A program made the translations under genes and the position numbers. Source: a virus. Taken from it: DNA of 64,000 nt. The stretch lies in the IMG/VR virus record IMGVR_UViG_3300037797_000117, positions 1 to 64,000 of that record, one strand, 5' to 3'. Below, in pieces: positions 8,787-16,490 of this stretch. The notes under the pieces are model-generated. The model saw only the letters and a program-made list of their open reading frames with translations. It searched no databases and was not told the DNA's origin. Within the stretch, counting starts at the first letter, position 1. Each line of letters begins with the position of its first letter.

Positions 8787-10304
8787 GTGGCTGTGGTCCA
8801 ACGCAGGTTCTTCACCAGCGGCTCCGGTTCGGGTGGACCCCCGGGCCGCCGTGTCGAACTGTCCCCGGAAGACTTCGGTGCCAAATGTGACGGCCGCGCG
8901 GTCGACGCGGTCAGCATCGCCGAGTCGTCGGCGAACCTGACAGCGACCGGTGCCGCGTTCACCGCCGCAGACGTGGGTAAGACGATCGCGGTGTACGGCG
9001 CCGGGTTGCAGGCCCACGGCTTCGCGCACGTCACCACGATCGCGTCCGTCCAGTCAGCGACCGCGGTCACGCTCACCGCGCCGGCGGCCGGGACGGTGGC
9101 GGCGTCACGGGCGGTGTACGGCACCGACGATTCGGTGGCCATCGAGGCGGCCATCGCTGAGATCGTCACCCGTGGCATCACGGACCGGTCCTACGCCGGC
9201 CGGCTGTGGTGCAGCAACGGCATCTACATGCTGACCCGGGCGCCGCAGCTCGGCGGGGCGTACAACTCCCATGCGCAGGTCCGCATCCCGACGATCGCGG
9301 ACACGGCGCAGAAGTTCGACCTTGGCATTGTGGCCGGCTCGGCGGGTGGCACCTTCGGCCACTGGAACCAGACGGTTCCGCAGAAGGCCGGCGCGGTGTT
9401 CTACAGCACGTCGGTTGGTGTGGCGTCGGACGGCACCTACGGCCCTCCGTGCATGGTGGCCGGGCCGACCCCGACCGCGGCGACGTGGTCCAACATGCTG
9501 CTCACCGTGGACGGGCTCCAGTTCGTGGCGCAACGCAACCCGGGTCTGACCGCGTTGCACGCCGGCCGGATCGGGCAACTTCACATCAAGTCCCTCGGCG
9601 TGGTCGCCGACATGACACCAGCCGAGATGAACGTTGCAGCGTTGACAAACGATCTCGGCCTCGGCGTCCGGGTACCCGCAGTGGGAAACAACCACTACGT
9701 CATGATCGACCGGCTCGCGGTCGAAGGCTTCTACTACGGGATGACGATCACGGACCATCTGACCGCGGGGACGCTGGTCATGGTCTACTGCAACACCGCG
9801 ATCTTCGTTTCGTCCGGTGGGGCAGCCGAACACGGGGTCACCATCGCCAACCTCGGTGTCGAGGCCAGTTCGACCGTGATTGAAGGCTCGTTCAGCAGCG
9901 ACGCCCGGTTCCCGATTTTCGTCGGGCAGTGCAACATCGAAACGTCCGAAGGGACGACGTTCAAGGACACCAACTCCGGGTTCGTCGGCACCATCAACTT
10001 CAGCGACAACACGCGGGCAGCGCCGACCACGACCGGCTGCAACAACGTGAAGATCGTGGACCTGGTCCGGCCGCCCGGCGCGGTCGCAGCGCCCGACACC
10101 CCCGCGGTCCCTGCCACCACGGTGGCGTTGAAGAACCCGTTCTTCCGGGACGCGTTCGTCCACGTCGCCGGCGGCACCGTCACCGCGATCGCCGTCGACG
10201 GGCGCACGACGGGTGTCACCTCCGGCATGGTCGCCGTCCCCAACGCCAAGACGATCGCGATTACGCACAGCTCGGCACCGACGTGGGTGTGGACCCTGCT
10301 TTAG
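8787..10304 (+). CDS. Second beta-helix-type spike or depolymerase-like protein
   Basis: PEDFGAKCDG...GTDDSVAIEAAI with a beta-rich body. Start is 8787 or 8793. Confidence 0.7.
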   Translation: MAVVQRRFFTSGSGSGGPPGRRVELSPEDFGAKCDGRAVDAVSIAESSANLTATGAAFTAADVGKTIAVYGAGLQAHGFAHVTTIASVQSATAVTLTAPAAGTVAASRAVYGTDDSVAIEAAIAEIVTRGITDRSYAGRLWCSNGIYMLTRAPQLGGAYNSHAQVRIPTIADTAQKFDLGIVAGSAGGTFGHWNQTVPQKAGAVFYSTSVGVASDGTYGPPCMVAGPTPTAATWSNMLLTVDGLQFVAQRNPGLTALHAGRIGQLHIKSLGVVADMTPAEMNVAALTNDLGLGVRVPAVGNNHYVMIDRLAVEGFYYGMTITDHLTAGTLVMVYCNTAIFVSSGGAAEHGVTIANLGVEASSTVIEGSFSSDARFPIFVGQCNIETSEGTTFKDTNSGFVGTINFSDNTRAAPTTTGCNNVKIVDLVRPPGAVAAPDTPAVPATTVALKNPFFRDAFVHVAGGTVTAIAVDGRTTGVTSGMVAVPNAKTIAITHSSAPTWVWTLL

Positions 10305-10415
10305 CCCTCCCCGCCCGGGTCCGTTCCCGACCTGGCCCATACCTCGGCCACCCCTCCCCCGAAACATCCGTCAGCGACGACCACAGGCCGTTGCCGCAGG
10401 TCAAAGGGTGGTGGC

Positions 10416-10685
10416 GTGGTGCAGGTTCAACGGTTCGAGTTGCACCGCGACGAAGACGTGAGTGGCGTGTCCGGTGTCGGGGTGGTCGCGTCCGGGGTGG
10501 TGTACCCGGAAGAGACGGTGGCGGTGTTCCCCGACGGGCACCAGCTGATTCTGCCGGCCGGCTGGTGCCGCATCGTGTGGCACACACCGGCCGGGCACTC
10601 CTCCACCGTGCTGTGGCAGTCGGTCGCCGACGCTGAAGCGGTCCACGGGCATGACGGTGCGACCCGGATCGTGTGGCTCGACTGA
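10416..10685 (+). CDS. Conserved actinophage hypothetical protein
   Basis: RFELHRDEDVSGVSG.GVVA.G...VHGHDGATRIVW. Confidence 0.75.
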   Translation: MVQVQRFELHRDEDVSGVSGVGVVASGVVYPEETVAVFPDGHQLILPAGWCRIVWHTPAGHSSTVLWQSVADAEAVHGHDGATRIVWLD

Positions 10686-10891
10686 TGACCCGGTCCTACA
10701 CGCAGGTCGAACCGGACGTGGTGGTGGTTTACCCCGTCAACGACCTGATCCCCCACGACGTTCGCGGCGAAGACCGGTGCGTGTGCGGCCCTGCGGTGGA
10801 GCCGGTGAAGCGGCGCGACGGGTCGGTGTCGTGGGTGTACACGCACAATTCGTTGGACGGTCGTGAACATGCCGAGCGGGCCACCGCCTGA
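10685..10891 (+). CDS. Small Cys/His hypothetical protein
   Basis: P.NDLIPH...CVCGP...HNSLDGRE, translationally coupled. Confidence 0.7.
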   Translation: MTRSYTQVEPDVVVVYPVNDLIPHDVRGEDRCVCGPAVEPVKRRDGSVSWVYTHNSLDGREHAERATA

Positions 10892-11234
10892 AGGGAAGGC
10901 CGGGGTGCGGAGCACGTCCCACATCGAGTCGTTCGGCCGCCCGGACGAACCGGCCGAGCCCGCGCCGGCGGCGCCGGTGGTGCAGATCGCCCCGGTCGAG
11001 GTTCCCGTGATCCTCGTCGTCGACGGCGAGTCGATGCGGCGGGCGTCGCAGCACATCACCGAGATGGTGCTGGGCGCGGTCCGGGCCGGGTACGCCACCG
11101 CGTGGGCGGATATCGAGTTTGAGGCCGAACACTCCGACGACTTCGAGAACCCGTCGGCGCAGTTCCGGGCCACGTTGAAGGAGTTCGTCGAGGAAAACGA
11201 CGAGGCCCTCCGCCGTCTCACCAAAAATGACTGA
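10863..11234 (+). CDS. Hypothetical protein
   Basis: ORF in operon with plausible composition. Confidence 0.55.
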   Translation: MNMPSGPPPEGKAGVRSTSHIESFGRPDEPAEPAPAAPVVQIAPVEVPVILVVDGESMRRASQHITEMVLGAVRAGYATAWADIEFEAEHSDDFENPSAQFRATLKEFVEENDEALRRLTKND

Positions 11235-11296
11235 CAGTAGTGGGCGAGGAGTCTCCGCCCGAGGATCCCGAGACTTTGTTACTGTCCGTAGCCGTT

Positions 11297-11339
11297 GACG
11301 ACGAAACGGGCCGGCATCATGCCGGCCCGTTTCGTCGTC
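11297..11339. terminator. Bidirectional terminator-like hairpin between convergent genes
   Basis: Perfect 21-bp arms: gacgacgaaacgggccggcat-c-atgccggcccgtttcgtcgtc. Confidence 0.8.
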
Positions 11340-11348
11340 TGGTCGGGG

Positions 11349-12512
11349 CTACTCCGTGTCGGGGCCGCTGAGGACGGCGAACACCTTCCGGGCGGCGCGG
11401 ACCAGGTCCCGGTGCGCGCGGAGCTCGCCGGCCTCGCGGTCGTGGGTATCGCTGACCCGGGCCAGCTTTTCTGCCAGCTTTTTCAGCACGGCGACGACCG
11501 CGTCGATGTCCTTGGCGTCGCGGATGCCGGGGATTCCGCCGCCGTAGGGCATCCGGCCGAGAACCTCGGCCAGCCGTGTCCGGTCGTTGTCGGTGAGCTG
11601 GGTGACGGGTGGGGGCTGCCAGCGGAGGCTGTCCAGGTACTGCCTGGTGTCGGTCCGCTTCCACCGTTCGGCGTAGTCGTCGCTGCCGGCGAACGCCGAA
11701 CGCTCGTCCAGCTCGGTGTCCTTCCGGTACCCGGCGACGGCGGCGACGGCGTCGCCGATCTGGCCTCGCGTGACCCGGTAGGTCAGTATCCACCGGGCCG
11801 GTCCCTGTCCGACGCGGAGGAAAAACTCGCCCGGTCTGGTCAACTCGCTGAGGTCGGCGTTCCTGTCGCCGAGGAGAAGCGCTGCCTCGGCCGCGTTGGG
11901 CATCTTTCCGCAGAACATCGCGGATGCAGCCCGGTCCCTGCCGGGTCCGAGCTGGTCGACGGTGCCGCTGGAGTAGGCGGAGAACACCGTGATGCCGGCG
12001 ACCGGGCCGACCCGGCGGAGTTGATGAAGGCGCCGGTTGAGCTTCGGGTGAAGGTCGAGTCCTTTCTCTACGACGATGACGATCTGCGGCATGCTCGGCG
12101 AAACCGGAAACGGGTAGCCGACAGCGGCGATACCGCTGAAGCGGTGCGCGCGGTCGGCTGCCACCCGCTCCGCGGCCTTGAGCATCGCGGTGGCGCCGAC
12201 GACGGTGGTCGTAGTCCAGTCGATGACCGGGATGTCCTGCTCGGGGGCCAGGAACGGCGCAGACAGGCCACCGCCGTTGAGGTCGATATGCCACACGATG
12301 ACGTCGGGCATGCGGATCAGGCCGGCCGTGAGGGTTTGCAGCAGTGTGGTACCGCCGGCATTGCTCTGGCAGACGATGTAGCCGCCGCTGCGGACGTCGA
12401 TTGTTGCCACGGTGGCGTCGGCGTACTGGCCGACGGGGACTCTGCTCTTGATCGACAGGGGTGAGTGGTCGGTCGGGTAGCTGGCCGGTCGGTATGGCCC
12501 GGCTTCGGTCAT
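11349..12512 (-). CDS. FtsK/SpoIIIE (TraB-like) P-loop-fold protein with degenerate Walker A and B
   Basis: YIVCQSNAGGTTLL (Walker A position), VIVWHIDLNGGG, IDW, PQIVIVVEK (Walker B position), RRVGPVAGI. GAGG RBS. Confidence 0.65.
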   Translation of the reverse strand: MTEAGPYRPASYPTDHSPLSIKSRVPVGQYADATVATIDVRSGGYIVCQSNAGGTTLLQTLTAGLIRMPDVIVWHIDLNGGGLSAPFLAPEQDIPVIDWTTTTVVGATAMLKAAERVAADRAHRFSGIAAVGYPFPVSPSMPQIVIVVEKGLDLHPKLNRRLHQLRRVGPVAGITVFSAYSSGTVDQLGPGRDRAASAMFCGKMPNAAEAALLLGDRNADLSELTRPGEFFLRVGQGPARWILTYRVTRGQIGDAVAAVAGYRKDTELDERSAFAGSDDYAERWKRTDTRQYLDSLRWQPPPVTQLTDNDRTRLAEVLGRMPYGGGIPGIRDAKDIDAVVAVLKKLAEKLARVSDTHDREAGELRAHRDLVRAARKVFAVLSGPDTE

Positions 12513-12545
12513 GGGGTCCTCGATTCGCTTGGGGAACGACTCCTT

Positions 12546-12574
12546 ACGTTATCCGATTCCGGGGTACGGCACAA
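12546..12574 (-). promoter_or_regulatory. Promoter with phage motif half-site, upstream of the FtsK-like gene
   Basis: TTGTGC-cgtaccccggaatcgga(17)-TAACGT. Confidence 0.7.
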
Positions 12575-12672
12575 TCTGTACCCCGGTGGCTGTTTACTGA
12601 ATCCCGACCAACCACGACGCCCGGCCCCGCCAAGGGAGCCGGGCATCATGACGTCCCGACATGGGAGTACCG

Positions 12673-13176
12673 ATGGCACACCGTGGACCCGCCGCCAAGC
12701 CGAACAAGCATGGCCGCACCCCCAACGCTGACTGGACCGAGGTTGTCGACGTTCCGTACGAGGGGCCGTCGCCGGACCTGCCGAAGCTGCCCCGCCGCAA
12801 GAAGTGGCATCCGATGGTGGAACAGTGGTGGGAGCAGGTACGGGAGATGCCGCACTGCGCGCTGTGGCGCCCCTCGGACTGGACGTTCGCTCTCGAAACA
12901 GCTTTCCAGAAGCAGGCCCACTGGGAGCTGTGCGACACCGGTGAGCAGACCACGACCGCGGCAGTGGAGATCCGGCGCCGTGAAGACCAGATGGGTACCA
13001 CCATCGAGGCGTTGCGGAAGCTGCGGATCCGGTACGTCGGCGACGGTGGGGACTCCGACTACGGTGACGACTCCGACCGGGACATCATCGTTGTCGAGCA
13101 GGAAGTTGCCGGCGGCGGCGATGCCACGGTGACCCAGATCGCGTCGCGGCGTGCCCGGCTGACCCACACCGCCTGA
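12673..13176 (+). CDS. terS: Terminase small subunit
   Basis: GPA.KP...WHP....WW...SDW...EIR.RE...G.T...RKLRI, directly upstream of TerL. Confidence 0.85.
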   Translation: MAHRGPAAKPNKHGRTPNADWTEVVDVPYEGPSPDLPKLPRRKKWHPMVEQWWEQVREMPHCALWRPSDWTFALETAFQKQAHWELCDTGEQTTTAAVEIRRREDQMGTTIEALRKLRIRYVGDGGDSDYGDDSDRDIIVVEQEVAGGGDATVTQIASRRARLTHTA

Positions 13177-13192
13177 CTGCGGGGCGTCCACG

Positions 13193-14920
13193 ATGCCGCG
13201 TACGTTGCTTCGCGCGCACCGGGATGAGGACCGTGCCCGGTCGCTCGGGTGGCTCGCGGTGGCCTGGATTGAGCATTTCGTTGTTCACGGTCCGGGTGAT
13301 GTGCAGGGTGAGCCGGTCCGGTTGACCGACGAGTTGGCCGGGTTCGTCGTCGACTGCTACGCCGTCGGTGAGCACCCGTCGAACAACCACCTGCTTTACG
13401 ACTCGGCGTTCATCAGCCGCCCCAAGGGAACCAACAAGTCTGGCCTGGCCGCCTATGTGGCGATGTTCGAGGCGTTGGGTCCGGCCCGGTTCGCTGGATG
13501 GGCGCGCGGCGGTGAGGTGTACACCGACCCGTGGGGGTTCGGGTTCCGGTACGTGTACGAGCCGGGTGAGCCGATGGGCCGGCCGGTGAAGGTGCCGTTC
13601 ATCCGGTGCCTGGCCACCGAGGAAACCCAGACATCCAACGTGTACGGGACGATCTTCTACAACCTGACCCAGGACGAGGACGACCCGCCGCTGTCGTACA
13701 TCCCGAACCTGGACTGCGGCATGGAGAAGGTGCTGCTGCCGGGTGGCGGGGAAATCCGGGTGTCTACGGCTTCGAGCTCCGCGAAGGACGGAGGCAAGGA
13801 GACGTGGATTTGCCTGGATGAGACGCATTTGTACACTACGCCCGAATTGAAGCGTATGTATAGAACCGTCACCCGGAACATGCGGAAACGCAAGAAGATC
13901 ACCGGCACGTGGTGGCTGGAAACAACCACGATGTTCGCCCCCGGCGAAGGCTCCATGGCCGAACAGACGTTCATCGAGGCCGAGAGCATCCGCGAAGGTC
14001 GCAAGAAAAGAGGCCGCAACCGCCTCCTTTATGATCATCGCTGGGGAGTATGCAAAGACCCCTCCGACGAGGCGGACCTCCGCAACGCGCTGCGCGAGGC
14101 CTACGGCGACGCCATGCTGTGGATCGACCTCGACGGCCTGGTCGACGAGTTCTACGACCTGCGCAACGAGATCGCCGATTCGCGGCGATATTTCCTCAAC
14201 GCCCAGACGTCCAGCTCGGATGCCTGGCTGGCCGAACACGAATGGGTCGCGTGCGCCCGGCCGGGCAAGGCGCTACGCCGCCGGGACCTGGTCACGCTCG
14301 GGCTCGACGGGTCGATCCGGGAAGACGCCACCGCGCTGGTCGCCTGCCGGTTCGGTGACGGGCACCTGCAACTTCTCGGCCTGTGGGAGAAGCCCGCCGG
14401 CGCCGAAGGTGACGACTGGCAGGTCGACCGGGAAGAGGTCGACGCCGCGGTGTCGCACGCGATGCGCGAGTACGAGGTTGCCGGGTTCTACGCCGACCCG
14501 GCCAGATGGCAAGACTATCTGGACAAATGGAACAACGAGTACGGCGAGAAGATGCGGGTCAAAGCCAACCAACGCCGGCCGTTGGAGTGGTGGACCAACC
14601 GCCCTACGGCGATGGTTGCGGCGTTGGAACGCTTCCACGACGCGGTACTCGACGAGCGGATCAGCTTCACCCCCGCCGCCGACCGGGCCGAAGGTAGCCA
14701 CGAGCATCAGATGGCGCTCGCGTTGACCCGGCACGTCCTCAACGCCCGACGCGCGATCAGCCGCTCCGGGTTGCAAATCCGGAAAGAACACCCGAAATCA
14801 CCACGCAAGATCGATGCGTGCATGGCGGCCGTCCTCGCTTACGAAGCCGCGTGTGACGCGGTCGCTGCCGGCATCCGCCGCCGCTCCGCCGACCTGTACC
14901 CGGCCCGCCGCATCCGGTAG
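13193..14920 (+). CDS. terL: Terminase large subunit
   Basis: SRPKGTNKS (Walker A), ICLDETH (Walker B), LGLDGS...DATAL nuclease motif, KIDACMA. Confidence 0.95.
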   Translation: MPRTLLRAHRDEDRARSLGWLAVAWIEHFVVHGPGDVQGEPVRLTDELAGFVVDCYAVGEHPSNNHLLYDSAFISRPKGTNKSGLAAYVAMFEALGPARFAGWARGGEVYTDPWGFGFRYVYEPGEPMGRPVKVPFIRCLATEETQTSNVYGTIFYNLTQDEDDPPLSYIPNLDCGMEKVLLPGGGEIRVSTASSSAKDGGKETWICLDETHLYTTPELKRMYRTVTRNMRKRKKITGTWWLETTTMFAPGEGSMAEQTFIEAESIREGRKKRGRNRLLYDHRWGVCKDPSDEADLRNALREAYGDAMLWIDLDGLVDEFYDLRNEIADSRRYFLNAQTSSSDAWLAEHEWVACARPGKALRRRDLVTLGLDGSIREDATALVACRFGDGHLQLLGLWEKPAGAEGDDWQVDREEVDAAVSHAMREYEVAGFYADPARWQDYLDKWNNEYGEKMRVKANQRRPLEWWTNRPTAMVAALERFHDAVLDERISFTPAADRAEGSHEHQMALALTRHVLNARRAISRSGLQIRKEHPKSPRKIDACMAAVLAYEAACDAVAAGIRRRSADLYPARRIR

Positions 14921-14947
14921 TCCCGGGCAGCGACGAGTCCAGACGTT

Positions 14948-15027
14948 GGAACGGGCTGGGACAGGCCGGAACAACAAGGAACGTGACGGGTCGCGATGAA
15001 ACGCGACGAGTTGCGACGAACCGCGAC
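14948..15027 (+). repeat. Eight degenerate 10-bp tandem units
   Basis: ggaacgggct gggacaggcc ggaacaacaa ggaacgtgac gggtcgcgat gaaacgcgac gagttgcgac gaaccgcgac. Confidence 0.6.
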
Positions 15028-15320
15028 GCCCAAGGTGGGGATTCCATGACCGTTTCGCAGACCGTGCCGAGGTTTACCGTGCCCCGGGTCGCGCACTGTT
15101 CCAGCGGAGGTATACGCCTGTACGCGATGTGATCACGTCAGGCATGTTCGGTAGTTCCCCGGCGGACCCGGGCTGGGAGTGGACAGACTCTGCCAAGTCA
15201 CCCACCCTGCCCGGGTTCCTGGGTTCCGCAGCACCACCGTGGACAGCCGAGCACGTCGCCCAACCGGGGCGTCGTCGCCCAGGGAGCGCGTGAGAGCCCC
15301 GGGTCGTTCCGGGAGAAGCC

Positions 15321-16034
15321 CTGTTCACGTTCAGCCTGATTCCGCGTCGTCGCCTCATCACCACCGCCGTCGTAGCAGTCCTGCTGGCCACCCTCGCCGG
15401 TAGCTCCACCGGTGCCCACGCCACCGCGGTGTCGACACCGGTGGCGGCCTACACCGACCTCGCGGTCGACGTCGAAACCGTCTCCTACGACGGGCACGCC
15501 GACGCTGCCGACCGGATGTGGCGGATGCGCCTCGACCGGGCCTCCAGGTCCGACTCGAAACTCACCGCCGCACCGGTGAAGAAGAAGGCCACCGCAGCGA
15601 CCAAGCCGGCCGCCGCGAAGAAGGCCGCCGCCGGTACCCAGACCGGGAAGGCCCCGGCGAAGAAGGCCGCCGCCGGGCCGGCTCCGAAGGCAGTACAGGG
15701 TGCCGCCGCCACCGTCGTGGCGTACGCCCGTACGCAGGTCGGCAAGCGGTACGTGTTCGCCACCGCCGGCCCGAACACATTCGACTGTTCCGGCCTGGTC
15801 AAAGCGGCGTACGCCCGGATCGGGATCAGCCTGCCCCACCAGACCGGCGGGCTCGCCGGGCGGGGCCGGTCCGTCGCCCGTAGCCACCTCGCCCCCGGCG
15901 ACCTCGTCTTCCCCAGCTCGGGCCACGTCGGGATCTACGTAGGTGGCAACATGATGGTCCACGCGTCGAACCCCCGCACCGGGGTGAAGCTGTCGACGAT
16001 CTACGCGTTCTCGTTCGCGCGCAGAATCTTGTAG
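15321..16034 (+). CDS. Secreted NlpC/P60 peptidoglycan hydrolase, probable CTG start
   Basis: FDCSGLV...PGDLVF...GHVGIY...MVHA. A signal peptide (RRRLITTAVVAVLLATLAGSSTGAHA) lies upstream of the first canonical start at 15429. Confidence 0.85.
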   Translation: MFTFSLIPRRRLITTAVVAVLLATLAGSSTGAHATAVSTPVAAYTDLAVDVETVSYDGHADAADRMWRMRLDRASRSDSKLTAAPVKKKATAATKPAAAKKAAAGTQTGKAPAKKAAAGPAPKAVQGAAATVVAYARTQVGKRYVFATAGPNTFDCSGLVKAAYARIGISLPHQTGGLAGRGRSVARSHLAPGDLVFPSSGHVGIYVGGNMMVHASNPRTGVKLSTIYAFSFARRIL

Positions 16035-16094
16035 AACCGGTCTCGGCTCCGGGCCCCCGCCGCCTTACCTCCCAGGCGGGGGTTCGGGGCCGTC

Positions 16095-16337
16095 TCACAC
16101 GAGGTGGACCTTGACAAGGTCAGAGCTGTCCTTCGGGCGGATCAGAAGCTCCGCCCCTTCGATGAGGACCTGCTCCATCATCGAGTCGTAGAACGTGACG
16201 GCCCGGTTGACTATGTCGGTGCGGGACAGTTCTTCGCGTTGGGCCGAGCGTTGTACGGCGTCGTCGACGCGCGGGAGCAGGTTGACGGTCATCCGTACGA
16301 GTGGACGCGGCTCGGCACCGCAGTCGGCATCAGACAT
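16095..16337 (-). CDS. Ribbon-helix-helix (CopG-like) regulator
   Basis: VRMTVNL...AVQRSAQREELSRTDIVNRAV. TACAAT lies 6 nt before the ATG. Confidence 0.7.
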   Translation of the reverse strand: MSDADCGAEPRPLVRMTVNLLPRVDDAVQRSAQREELSRTDIVNRAVTFYDSMMEQVLIEGAELLIRPKDSSDLVKVHLV

Positions 16338-16490
16338 GCGGCGATTGTACGCGCGTCGTCTGCATTTGTAGTACCACCCCTCCTTGAAGCTCGGGCCCCG
16401 CGGCGATACCTCCCCTGCCGCGGGGCCCGACCCCTTTCCCCACCCATCGCCCGCACCAGCATGTCGAACCAGCGGGAACGGGGGTGTGCC

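Noticed and set aside
7377-8820. RRFF(L) at the N-termini of the two beta-helix proteins as Tat signal peptides
   Set aside because: No hydrophobic h-region or cleavage site follows. The next residues are Gly/Ser/Glu linkers.
15071-15100. gtttac-cgtgccccgggtcgcg-cactgt as another motif promoter
   Set aside because: 16-nt spacer, poor -35/-10 and several mismatches to the palindrome.
15150-15320. c-di-AMP (ydaO) or SAM-IV riboswitch call
   Set aside because: I could not find the consensus elements by eye. Kept only as an unassigned structured leader.
16104-16490. 129-aa N-terminal extension of the portal ORF in the track
   Set aside because: It overlaps the antisense RHH gene. The portal-like sequence begins at GTG 16491.
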